Of a stretch of 64,000 bases of DNA, positions 35,301 to 49,002 are shown in pieces. How positions within the stretch are numbered: position 1 is the stretch's first letter; each line of letters begins with the position of its first letter. Made by a program: the position numbers and the translations under genes. The notes beneath the pieces were generated by a model. That model was not told where the DNA came from and searched no databases. It worked only from the letters and a program-made list of their open reading frames with translations. The stretch comes from Dendrobates tinctorius (lineage: Eukaryota). The DNA lies in NCBI RefSeq assembly GCF_039654945.1, contig NW_027361727.1:19096001-19160000 (forward strand). Reading direction: 5' to 3'.

Positions 35301-38300
35301 ATATTACTACATGAAGGAGATCATGATGGGGCATATTTCTGCATGAAGGGGATCATGATGGGGCATATTTCTGCATGAAGGGGATCATGATGGGACATAT
35401 TACTACATGAAGGGGATCATGATGGGGCATATTTCTACATGAAGGGGATCATGATGGGGCATATTTCTGCATGATGGGGATGTTGGGGCATATTACTACA
35501 TGAAGGGGATCATGATGGGGCATATTTATGCATGATGGGGATGTTGGGGCATATTACTACATGAAGGGGATCATGAAGGGGCATATTTCTGCATGAAGGG
35601 CATCATGATGGGGCATATTACTACATGAAGGGGATCATGATGGGGTATATTTCTACATGAAGGGGATCATGATGGGGTATATTTCTACATGAAGGGGATC
35701 ATGATGAGGCATATTTCTGCATGAAGGGGATCATGATGGGGCATATTTCTGCATGAAGGGGATCATGATGGGGCATATTTCTGCATGAAGGGGATCATGA
35801 TGGGGCATATTACTACATGAAGGAGATCATGATGGGGCATATTCCTACATGAAAGGGATCATGATGGGGCATATTACTACATGAAGGGGATCATGATGGG
35901 GCATATTTCTACATGAATGGGATCATGATGGGGCATATTTCTGCATGATGGGGATGTTGGGGCATATTACTACATGAAGGGGATCATGATGGGGCATATT
36001 TCTGCATGAAGGGCATCATGATGGGGCATATTACTGCATGAAGGGGATCATGATGGGGCATATTACTACATGAAGGGGATCATGATGGGGTATATTTCTA
36101 CATGAAGGGGATCATGATGGGGCATATTTCTACATGAAGGAGATCATGATGAGGCATATTTCTGCATGAAGGGGATCATGATGGGGCATATTTCTGCATG
36201 AAGGGGATCATGATGGGGCATATTTCTGCATGAAGGGGATCATGATGGGGCATATTACTACATGAAGGGGATCATGATGGGGCATATTTCTACATGAAGG
36301 GGATCATGATGGGACATATTTCTGTATGAAGGGGATCATGATGGGGCATATTTCTGCATGAAGAGGATCATGATGAGGCATATTTCTACATGAAGGGGAT
36401 CATGATGGGGCATATTTCTGCATGAAGGGGATCATGATGGGGCATATTTCTGCATGAAGGGGATCATGATGGGGCATATTTCTGCATGAAGGGGATCATG
36501 ATGGGGCATATTTCTACATGAAGGGGATCATGATGGGACATATTTCTGCATGAAGGGGATCATGATGGGGCATATTTCTGCATGAAGAGGATCATGATGA
36601 GGCATATTTCTGCATGAAGAGGATCATGATGAGGCATATTTCTGCATGAAGGAGATCATGATGGGGCATATTTCTGCATGAAGGGGATCATGATGGGGCA
36701 TATTTCTGCATGAAGGGGATCATGATGGGGCATATTTCTACATGAAGGGGATCATGATGGGGCATATTTCTACATGAAGGGGATCATGATGGGACATATT
36801 TCTGCATGAAGGGGATCATGATGGGGCATATTTCTGCATGAAGAGGATCATGATGAGGCATATTTCTGCATGAAGGAGATCATGATGGGGCATATTTCTG
36901 CATGAAGGGGATCATGATGGGGCATATTTCTGCATGAAGGGGATCATGATGGGGCATATTTCTGCATGAAGGGGATCATGATGGGGCATATTTCTACATG
37001 AAGGGGATCATGATGGGGCATATTTCTACATGAAGGGGATCATGATGGGACATATTTCTGCATGAAGGGGATCATGATGGGGCATATTTCTGCATGAAGA
37101 GGATCATGATAAGGCATCTTTCTGCATGAAGGAGATCATGATGGGGCATATTTCTGCATGAAGGGGATCATGATGGGGCATATTTCTGCATGAAGGGGAT
37201 CATGATGGGGCATATTTCTGCATGAAGGGGATCATGATGGTGCATATTTCTGCATGAAGGGGATCATGATGGGGCATATTTCTGCATGAAGGGGATCATG
37301 ATGGGGCATATTTCTGCATGAAGGGGATCATGATGGGGCATATTTCTACATGAAGGGGATCATGATGGGGCATATTTCTGCATGAAGGGGATCATGATGG
37401 GGCATATTACTACATGAAGGGGATCATGATGGGGCATATTTCTGCATGAAGGGGATCATGATGGGGCATATTTCTACATGAAGGGGATCATGATGGGACA
37501 TATTTCTGCATGAAGGGGATCATGATGGGGCATATTTCTGCATGAAGAGGATCATGATGAGGCATATTTCTGCATGAAGGAGATCATGATGGGGCATATT
37601 ACTACATGAAGGAGATCATGATGGGGCATATTTCTGCAAGAAGGGGATCATGATGGGGCATATTTCTGCATGAAGGGGATCATGATGGGGCATATTTCTG
37701 CATGAAGGGGATCATGATGGGGCATATTTCTGCATGAAGGGGATCACGATGGGGCATATTTCTGCATGAAGGGGATCATGATGGGGCATATTTCTGCATG
37801 AAGGGGATCATGATGGGGCATATTTCTACATGAAGGAGATCATGATGGGGCATATTCCTACATGAAAGGGATCATGATGGGGCATATTTCTGCATGAAGG
37901 GGATCATGATGGGGCATATTTCTGCATGAAGGGGATCATGATGGTGCATATTTCTGCATGAAGGGGATCATGATGGGGCATATTTCTGCATGAAGGGGAT
38001 CATGATGGGGCATATTTCTGCATGAAGGGGATCATGATGGGGCATATTTCTACATGAAGGAGATCATGATGGGGCATATTCCTACATGAAAGGGATCATG
38101 ATGGGGCATATTACTACATGAAGGGGATCATGATGGGGCATATTTCTGCATGAAGGGCATCATGATGGGGCATATTACTGCATGAAGGGGATCATGATGG
38201 GGCATATTACTACATGAAGGGTATCATGATGGGGTATATTTCTACATGAAGGGGATCATGATGGGGCATATCTCTACATGAAGGAGATCATGATGAGGCA

Positions 38301-41300
38301 TATTTCTGCATGAAGGGGATCATGATGGGGCATATTTCTGCATGAAGGGGATCATGATGGGGCATATTACTACATGAAGGGGATCATGATGGGGCATATT
38401 TCTGCATGAAGGGGATCATGATGGGGCATATTTCTACATGAAGGGGATCATGATGGGACATATTTCTGCATGAAGGGGATCATGATGGGGCATATTTCTG
38501 CATGAAGAGGATCATGATGAGGCATATTTCTGCATGAAGGAGATCATGATGGGGCATATTACTACATGAAGGAGATCATGATGGGGCATATTTCTGCAAG
38601 AAGGGGATCATGATGGGGCATATTTCTGCATGAAGGGGATCATGATGGGGCATATTTCTGCATGAAGGGGATCATGATGGGGCATATTTCTGCATGAAGG
38701 GGATCACGATGGGGCATATTTCTGCATGAAGGGGATCATGATGGGGCATATTTCTGCATGAAGGGGATCATGATGGGGCATATTTCTACATGAAGGAGAT
38801 CATGATGGGGCATATTCCTACATGAAAGGGATCATGATGGGGCATATTACTACATGAAGGGGATCATGATGGGGCATATTTCTACATGAAGGGGATCATG
38901 ATGGGGCATATTTCTGCATGAAGGGGATCACGATGGGGCATATTTCTGCATGAAGGGGATCATGATGGGGCATATTTCTGCATGAAGGGGATCATGATGG
39001 GGCATATTTCTACATGAAGGAGATCATGATGGGGCATATTACTACATGAAGGGGATCATGATGGGGCATATTTCTACATGAAGGGGATCACGATGGGGCA
39101 TATTTCTGCATGAAGGGGATCACGATGGGGCATATTTCTGCATGAAGGGGATCATGATGGGGCATATTTCTGCATGAAGGGGATCATGATGGGGCATATT
39201 TCTACATGAAGGAGATCATGATGGGGCATATTCCTACATGAAAGGGATCATGATGGGGCATATTACTACATGAAGGGGATCATGATGGGGCATATTTCTA
39301 CATGAAGGGGATCATGATGGGGCATATTTCTGCATGATGGGGATGTTGGGGCATATTACTACATGAAGGGGATCATGATGGGGCATATTACTACATGAAG
39401 GGGATCATGATGGGGCATATTTCTACATGAAGGGGATCATGATGGGGCATATTTCTGCATGATGGGGATGTTGGGGCATATTACTACATGAAGGGGATCA
39501 TGATGGGGCATATTTCTACATGAAGGGTATCATGATGGGGCATATTTCTACATGAAGGAGATCATGATGAGGCATATTTCTGCATGAAGGGGATCATGAT
39601 GGGGCATATTTCTGCATGAAGGGGATCATGATGGGGCATATTACTACATGAAGGGGATCATGATGGGGCATATTTCTGCATGAAGGAGATCATGATGGGG
39701 CATATTTCTACATGAAGGGGATCATGATGGGACATATTTCTGCATGAAGGGGATCATGATGGGGCATATTTCTGCATGAAGAGGATCATGATGAGGCATA
39801 TTTCTACATGAAGGGGATCATGATGGGGCATATTTCTGCATGAAGGGGATCATGATGGGGCATATTACAACATGAAGGGGATCATGATGGGGCATATTAC
39901 TACATGAAGGGGATCATGATGGGGCATATTTCTGCATGAAGGGGATCATTATGGGGCATATTTCTGCATGAAGGGGATCATGATGGGGCATATTACTACA
40001 TGAAGGGGATCATGATGGGGCATATTTCTGCATGAAGGGGATCATGATGGGGCATATTTCTGCATGAAGGGGATCATGATGGGGCATATTACTACATGAA
40101 GGGGATCATGATGGGGCATATTTCTGCATGAAGGGGATCATGATGGGGCATATTTCTACATGAAGGGGATCATGATGGGACATATTTCTGCATGAAGGGG
40201 ATCATGATGGGGCATATTTCTGCATGAAGAGGATCATGATGAGGCATATTTCTGCATGAAGGAGATCATGATGGGGCATATTACTACATGAAGGAGATCA
40301 TGATGGGGCATATTTCTGCAAGAAGGGGATCATGATGGGGCATATTTCTGCATGAAGGGGATCATGATGGGGCATATTTCTGCATGAAGGGGATCATGAT
40401 GGGGCATATTTCTGCATGAAGGGGATCATGATGGGGCATATTTCTGCATGAAGGGGATCATGATGGGGTATATTTCTGCATGAAGGGGATCATGATGGGG
40501 CATATTTCTACATGAAGGAGATCATGATGGGGCATATTACTACATGAAGGGTATCATGATGGGGCATATTTCTACATGAAGGGGATCATGATGGGGCATA
40601 TTTCTGCATGATGGGGATGTTGGGGCATATTACTACATGAAGGGGATCATGATGGGGCATATTTCTGCATGAAGGGCATCATGATGGGGCATATTACTGC
40701 ATGAAGGGGATCATGATGGGGCATATTACTACATGAAGGGGATCATGATGGGGTATATTTCTGCATGAAGAGGATCATGATGAGGCATATTTCTACATGA
40801 AGGGGATCATGATGGGGCATATTTCTGCATGAAGGGGATCATGATGGGGCATATTACTACATGAAGGGGATCATGATGGGGCATATTTCTACATGAAGGG
40901 GATCATGATGGGACATATTTCTGCATGAAGGGGATCATGATGGGGCATATTTCTGCATGAAGGGGATCATGATGGGGCATATTTCTGCATGAAGAGGATC
41001 ATGATGAGGCATATTTCTACATGAAGGGGATCATGATGGGGCATATTTCTGCATGAAGGGGATCATGATGGGGCATATTTCTGCATGAAGGGGATCATGA
41101 TGGGGCATATTACTACATGAAGGGGATCATGATAGGGCATATTTCTGCATGAAGAGGATCATGATGGGGCATATTTCTGCATGAAGGGGATCATGATGGG
41201 GCATATTTCTGCATGAAGGGGATCATGATGGGGCATATTTCTACATGAAGGGGATCATGATGGGGCATATTACTGCATGAAGGGGATCATGATGGGGCAT

Positions 41301-44300
41301 ATTACTACATGAAGGGGATCATGATGGGGTATATTTCTACATGAAGGGGATCATGATGAGGCATATTTCTGCATGAAGGGGATCATGATGGGGCATATTT
41401 CTGCATGAAGGGGATCATGATGGGGCATATTTCTGCATGAAGGGGATCATGATGGGGCATATTTCTGCATGAAGGGGATCATGATGGGGCATATTTCTAC
41501 ATGAAGGGGATCATGATGGGACATATTTCTGCATGAAGGGGATCATGATGGGGCATATTTCTACATGAAGGGGATCATGATGGGGCATATTACTGCATGA
41601 AGGGGATCATGATGGGGCATATTACTACATGAAGGGGATCATGATGGGGTATATTTCTACATGAAGGGGATCATGATGAGGCATATTTCTGCATGAAGGG
41701 GATCATGATGGGGCATATTTCTGCATGAAGGGGATCATGATGGGGCATATTTCTGCATGAAGGGGATCATGATGGGGCATATTTCTGCATGAAGGGGATC
41801 ATGATGGGGCATATTTCTACATGAAGGGGATCATGATGGGACATATTTCTGCATGAAGGGGATCATGATGGGGCATATTTCTGCATGAAGAGGATCATGA
41901 TGAGGCACATTTCTGCATGAAGGAGATCATGATGGGGCATATTACTACATGAAGGAGATCATGATGGGGCATATTTCTGCAAGAAGGGGATCATGATGGG
42001 GCATATTTCTGCATGAAGGGGATCATGATGGGGCATAATTCTGCATGAAGGGGATCATGATGGGGCATATTTCTGCATGAAGGGGATCATGATGGTGCAT
42101 ATTTCTGCATGAAGGGGATCATGATGGGGCATATTTCTGCATGAAGGGGATCATGATGGGGCATATTTCTGCATGAAGGGGATCATGATGGGGCATATTT
42201 CTACATGAAGGAGATCATGATGGGGCATATTCCTACATGAAAGGGATCATGATGGGGCATATTACTACATGAAGGGGATCATGATGGGGCATATTTCTAC
42301 ATGAAGGGGATCATGATGGGGCATATTTCTGCATGATGGGGATGTTGGGGCATATTACTACATGAAGGGGATCATGATGGGGCATATTTCTGCATGAAGG
42401 GGATCATGATGGGGCATATTTCTGCATGAAGGGGATCATGATGGGGCATATTTCTGCATGAAGGGGATCATGATGGGGCATATTTCTGCATGAAGGGGAT
42501 CATGATGGGGTATATTTCTGCATGAAGGGGATCATGATGGGGCATATTTCTACATGAAGGAGATCATGATGGGGCATATTACTACATGAAGGGTATAATG
42601 ATGGGGCATATTTCTACATGAAGGGGATCATGATGGGGCATATTTCTGCATGATGGGGATGTTGGGGCATATTACTACATGAAGGGGATCATGATGGGGC
42701 ATATTTCTGCATGAAGGGCATCATGATGGGGCATATTACTGCATGAAGGGGATCATGATGGGGCATATTACTACATGAAGGGGATCATGATGGGGTATAT
42801 TTCTGCATGAAGAGGATCATGATGAGGCATATTTCTACATGAAGGGGATCATGATGGGGCATATTTCTGCATGAAGGGGATCATGATGGGGCATATTACT
42901 ACATGAAGGGGATCATGATGGGGCATATTTCTACATGAAGGGGATCATGATGGGACATATTTCTGCATGAAGGGGATCATGATGGGGCATATTTCTGCAT
43001 GAAGGGGATCATGATGGGGCATATTTCTGCATGAAGAGGATCATGATGAGGCATATTTCTACATGAAGGGGATCATGATGGGGCATATTTCTGCATGAAG
43101 GGGATCATGATGGGGCATATTTCTGCATGAAGGGGATCATGATGGGGCATATTACTACATGAAGGGGATCATGATGGGGCATATTTCTGCATGAAGAGGA
43201 TCATGATGGGGCATATTTCTGCATGAAGGGGATCATGATGGGGCATATTTCTGCATGAAGGGGATCATGATGGGGCATATTTCTACATGAAGGGGATCAT
43301 GATGGGGCATATTACTGCATGAAGGGGATCATGATGGGGCATATTACTACATGAAGGGGATCATGATGGGGTATATTTCTACATGAAGGGGATCATGATG
43401 AGGCATATTTCTGCATGAAGGGGATCATGATGGGGCATATTTCTGCATGAAGGGGATCATGATGGGGCATATTTCTGCATGAAGGGGATCATGATGGGGC
43501 ATATTTCTGCATGAAGGGGATCATGATGGGGCATATTTCTACATGAAGGGGATCATGATGGGACATATTTCTGCATGAAGGGGATCATGATGGGGCATAT
43601 TTCTGCATGAAGAGGATCATGATGAGGCATATTTCTGCATGAAGGAGATCATGATGGGGCATATTACTACATGAAGGAGATCATGATGGGGCATATTTCT
43701 GCAAGAAGGGGATCATGATGGGGCATATTTCTGCATGAAGGGGATCATGATGGGGCATAATTCTGCATGAAGGGGATCATGATGGGGCATATTTCTGCAT
43801 GAAGGGGATCATGATGGTGCATATTTCTGCATGAAGGGGATCATGATGGGGCATATTTCTGCATGAAGGGGATCATGATGGGGCATATTTCTGCATGAAG
43901 GGGATCATGATGGGGCATATTTCTACATGAAGGAGATCATGATGGGGCATATTCCTACATGAAAGGGATCATGATGGGGCATATTACTACATGAAGGGGA
44001 TCATGATGGGGCATATTTCTACATGAAGGGGATCATGATGGGGCATATTTCTGCATGATGGGGATGTTGGGGCATATTACTACATGAAGGGGATCATGAT
44101 GGGGCATATTTCTGCATGAAGGGCATCATGATGGGGCATATTACTGCATGAAGGGGATCATGATGGGGCATATTACTACATGAAGGGGATCATGATGGGG
44201 TATATTTCTACATGAAGGGGATCATGATGGGGCATATCTCTACATGAAGGAGATCATGATGAGGCATATTTCTGCATGAAGGGGATCATGATGGGGCATA

Positions 44301-45024
44301 TTTCTGCATGAAGGGGATCATGATGGGGCATATTTCTGCATGAAGGGGATCATGATGGGGCATATTACTACATGAAGGGGATCATGATGGGGCATATTTC
44401 TGCATGAAGGGGATCATGATGGGGCATATTTCTACATGAAGGGGATCATGATGGGGCATATTTCTGCATGAAGGGGATCATGATGGGGCATATTACTACA
44501 TGAAGGGGATCATGATGGGGCATATTTCTGCATGAAGGGGATCATGATGGGGCATATTTCTGCATGAAGGAGATCATGATGGGGCATATTTCTGCATGAA
44601 GGGGATCATGATGGGACATATTTCTGCATGAAGGAGATCATGATGGGGCATATTTCTGCATGAAGGGGATCATGATGGGGCATATTTCTGCATGAAGGGG
44701 ATCATGATGGGGCATATTCCTGCATGAAGGAGATCATGATGGGGCATATTCCTGCATGAAGGGGATCATGATGGGGCATATTTCTACATGAAGGGGATCA
44801 TGATGGGGCATATTTCTGCATGAAGGGGATCATGATGGGGCATATTTCTGCATGAAGGGGATCATGATGGGGCATATTTCTACATGAAGGGGATCATGAT
44901 GGGGCATGTTCCTGCATGAAGGGGATCATAATGGGGCATTTGGCACGTGTTGGCACTTCGTCATAAATAATTGGGTTTAAGTTGCAGTTTGGGCACTCGG
45001 TCTCAGAAAGGCTCGCCATCACTG
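32348..45024. mobile_element. Non-autonomous hAT element, 12.7 kb, swollen by an internal satellite
   Basis: TIRs CAGTGATGGCGA / TCGCCATCACTG; perfect 8-bp TSD GCCTAAGA at 32340-32347 and 45025-45032. Confidence 0.92.
32745..44940. repeat. 32-bp satellite, ~380 copies (ATTTCTGCATGAAGGGGATCATGATGGGGCAT)
   Basis: Period 32 (32761, 32793...); head-to-tail with no spacers; recurrent variant units. Confidence 0.98.
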
Positions 45025-46039
45025 GCCTAAGACGTTGGGGTATTTTTTTGCTTTGTTTTTTTCTTTGTGTAGCAAAAATCATGTTGTGAAGTATGTATAA
45101 GGCTGGGCTCAGATGGGCGTATTTTACCGTATGGACTGCAAGGAAAACAAACTGCGTCTGACCACAGTTTGAAGTAAAATGCGTGCGGCGCCATTTTGTC
45201 ACCTAAGAAGTTTAGAGGGCTATTCCACATTGGAAGGTGAACGGGCCCATGGACAACACGTCCACCGCTATCCGCCAGGCCACGTTCGCACTCAGCAAGT
45301 ATCGGAGCCCTTTTGTGGTATCACAATGGCGCTGCACGCACATTAACGCTGTTTTCCGATGTGGTTACCGGCCGCCTGGTTATTACAGGTGGATAACATC
45401 ATTTTTTCATATGTTATATCTGTAAATGTCGTGCGGTCAGTTACTATGGCGCAATACAGCTGCAACTTGACGTAAAAATTGCGTTTTCCCAATACAATGT
45501 GTGAACAGCGCCTAAGAACAGCGTGCCTGTGATTCTCATACAGAAACATGGCGTCTACATGCATTTTTCCTCACAAAAGTTTTGTCATTTTACAGCGGGG
45601 TTTTGCGGTGCTGTGGGCTCGTACAGAAGACACCCAGTGTTATACATGGCTTATTTATTGGAAGTTGTCACAGAAAGCCGCCTGTGTCCCTCATTCTGTT
45701 ATATAAGCCCCGTGTACAGGGCGGAATACACACTGGTGCAGGCTGCAGGCCGTGCGTCATAGCTGCCACAGCTCAGAATACACAGGCACGTATCAACTGG
45801 TTATGAACGGCACTACATACACACCGCTCACCGGTACTTCTATATCCCTACGCCATAACAATTCGCCATTTTATCCTGAGTCATTCGTGAGGGGAGCGGC
45901 TTCTATTATGCATAGTATCGCTTGTAACCTTTTTATTTTGTTTTTGAATGAAAAAAAAAATGATGCTGGCAGTGTGAAAAAACAGTTGAATAATTTATTT
46001 TAAAAGGTTTTAGTGTCTTCTGTGAGGTAAAATAAGGAG

Positions 46040-46160
46040 GGACTATATGACGTTCTCCTCACAGAGAGACCGCGGAAGGTTACAAACAATGACTGTGTGT
46101 GAAGTCATGAGAGTCTATAAATACCCTCCCCCACTGGCACTGCTGCTCATTGCTGTGAAG
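46040..46160 (+). promoter_or_regulatory. Rightward Pol II core promoter
   Basis: TATAAATA 46116-46123; Inr-like CTCATT ~46146-46151; half-CRE TGACG at 46049; donor-like AAG|GTATTT at 46239; CpG-enriched upstream region with YAACTG/CAGTTR sites. Confidence 0.55.
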
Positions 46161-46576
46161 ACGTCTCTGTGTGTGGCGGTTACAGCTTTTGTTCCCCGTG
46201 CTGTCTTTTCTCGGCTATTATTCAGGCTTTCGTGTAAGGTATTTGTTCTCACTGGCATTTATTGGAGCTTAAGATACCATTTCACCAGGTTATTGGGCTG
46301 GGTGAGAGCGGCAGTCTTGTGGGGATAGCGTCATGTGACTGTTATGGCTGATATCTCCGTATAGAGAGATTTTACTCGCATTTTATTAACTTGTTGTTGT
46401 CCGGGTGTTGTTACAATGGTGGGTGGAGGAGCGGAATTGCCATTGCACTTCTCAACCCTGTAACTACAGCGGCCAGTCTTGTGTAGAAGCTTCAGTCATA
46501 AACCGGCCGCCGTCCTTGTTGGGGAGTAGGAGGTTTAGCTGTAGAGATGGCCGCCGTCCTTGTATGGAAGGTTTAG

Positions 46577-46749
46577 GCTGTGTGCCCACATAAGCGGTTT
46601 TTAAGCGTTTTCCATGCCAAAAGGCTTAAAAATGCAAACTATGTTCTATGAGAATGTGGATGCTCTGGAAAAAGCCGCATAAAAATTCGTTTTTCTTGGG
46701 ACCGAGTCCGGTTTTTAGTCAGGAGTCTTCTGTATGTGGGGACATAGCT
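46577..46749. mobile_element. Harbinger-type MITE inserted in a ~40-bp tandem repeat
   Basis: GGCTGTGTGCCCACATA / TATGTGGGGACATAGCT; TTA/TAA flanks. Confidence 0.7.
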
Positions 46750-46847
46750 TAAGTCCTAGACATGGCCGCCATCCTTGTGTGGAAGGTTTAGTCCTAGACA
46801 TGGCGGCTGTTTGTTGTGTACTGGGTGGGGACCTTGATGGCCGCAGA

Positions 46848-47081
46848 GGGCGGAGCTCCGGGGATGGCTTCTATGACGTCACGCCTTTGTTGCTGGCTCC
46901 GACCGTTGGTCTGCTGGTAGGCGGAGCTAGGGGTGATGACGCGTTATGTACCGCCCTCTGTTGACTGTCTCCATAATGTGGGCGGAGCTACAGATAAATG
47001 TGATACGTCGGGTTACTGCTTGCTGTTAGCAGTCAGTGGGCGGAGCTGCAGGTTGTGACTGGGTTCTCGGTGGGCCGAGCT
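46848..47081 (+). promoter_or_regulatory. Tandem GC-box / CRE / MYB-like regulatory modules
   Basis: GGCGGAGCT at ~46848, 46920, 46980, 47038 plus a variant at 47072; TGACGTCA 46874-46881; CCGTTG 46903-46908. Confidence 0.6.
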
Positions 47082-47139
47082 AATTCCGATGCTGCATATT
47101 GTAGCCATTTTCTGACCTTGCTGTTTAGTGGTAGGCTTG

Positions 47140-47497
47140 GGGTATGTTTCCACGTTCTAGATTACTTCAGGATTTGCTGCGGATTGGACGCTGTGTCCAG
47201 ATGTTACAGCATAGTGGAAGGGATTTCATGAAATTCCATCTCCACTATGCGTGCAAACACGCAGGTGGCAGATCTGCGTATCCAAAGATGCGGCAAGTCT
47301 TTATAGACAGCATCATGCCTATTTATCTTGCAGAGACGCTCAGTCTCCGCAAAATAAATGGCAGTCTATGAATAGGATGCTGTGATTCAGCATGTGTTCA
47401 ATGAGCACGTCTGGAATCCCCGTGCGTACAAATAAAGGCAGCGCTTTGGACGAAGCTGGGTTTTCGCTGCAGTTTTAGACCGTGGACACATAACCCT
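47140..47497. mobile_element. Harbinger-type MITE
   Basis: GGGTATGTTTCCACG / CGTGGACACATAACCC. Confidence 0.7.
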
Positions 47498-48667
47498 TAT
47501 GCTGTTGCTAAATATGGCTGCTGATCTCTACAGTGACACATTGCCTCTTGTTCCTGATGCCATATATGGTCGCCTTGGTGGCTGTGCTATGCAATGAGGC
47601 TCTTCACTGCCCCCTCTTGTTCTTTCTGGGTAGTGGCATTTTGGTGACTTCCCTCTGCTGGCAGCCTCTGGATTTGACTGACTTCCATTTTTTCTTTGCT
47701 AGTGGATAGAACTTTTTTGCTATGTATGTAATATTGGTGAAATGGTATTTTTAGCAGATTTTATATTATAGATTATTTCTGGTTTGAGGCAGGAGCTTTC
47801 TAATAGCCGAGAAATAAATTTCCCCATGTGAATTCTCCGAAGAGTTGTTGCAACCACGGACAAGTATCGATGGAGCCACGCAACGGAATTAAAGACTTTA
47901 TTGTGGGATCAACCCCATACCAGAAACCAGACAAGACTGCATCTGCCTTGAGAAGAACGGAGTACTTGAAATAAGCCACCCAAATAGACTGTCCCAAGAA
48001 AACAGATTTATATGCTTCACTTGCCGGCCAATCCTGGCCACCCAGTTAGTGGGCTAAGTATCACATTGGCTGCAAATAAACATTTACTTAATTTACAACT
48101 TTAGAGGGCAGCTTGTTGAGGACCCATGGGTGTCATGTTGGGTTTCTGATCAGAACAAGGTTGTAGGCTGTAAGAATTAACAAGCAATGATTCATTATGT
48201 AATGACATTAGTAGCTTTCTGTTATGATGCTGATCTTAATGTTTGCTATAACACAACTGTAATGTGACATATGCTTGTTATAGGGGACTGAACACCATGC
48301 ACCACTTTCAATGACCGCATGTTAACTTCAATTCTTTTTCATTAGGCTGCAGTCCATAGAGCCTCATTTTCGTGATCTTTGACCACTAGAACCTCTAAGC
48401 TTCAGGCACCAGCAGTGTGTTTGTCTGCACAGGTGTCTGGTAACCCAACCGGTCTTTTTGTTTACTTTTACCAGTCTTAATCTTCTCAAACATGAATTCA
48501 CATCTGGGAGGAAACTTCACCCATTTGTGGCTGCTTCATAGATAATGGGTAAGAAGGAGATCCTTCCAATCTTTTAGGATATTGAAACAATCAAGCACAC
48601 CCTATACCTGGTAAGCAAACAAGTTGTTCCCCTAATAAGTGTGTCCCAGAGGATCGCTGTATACCAT

Positions 48668-49002
48668 TTAAAGGGTTATTCTCAAGTTTGCAATTTATCT
48701 CCTATTCTGTGCTAGCTTTCTAATCACTTGGCTTCTAACAGCTGTGGCCCCCAGTGATTCCAAGAACCAGTGCTCTACACCCCAACTGAATGGGACTTGG
48801 TGAGTCATGTGCCATTCAGTCTTCATTAAGAATGAATGGAGTGGTAGTGTGTGATTGCCCACCTCTCCATTCATACAAAATCTCTGCGGAACTCCAGTTC
48901 TTGAGATTGCTAGGTGCCAAGGCAGTCAGACCCCAGCGACTGGGACAGTTAACTGGTATCCTGTGAATAAGCGATAACATTGGAACTGAACAACCCTTTT
49001 AA
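48668..49002. mobile_element. Kolobok/T2-type MITE
   Basis: TTAA-AGGGTTATTC ... GAACAACCCTT-TTAA. Confidence 0.65.

Noticed and set aside
32745-44940. CRISPR-like 32-bp repeats
   Set aside because: Head-to-tail with no unique spacers, no cas genes, eukaryotic context.
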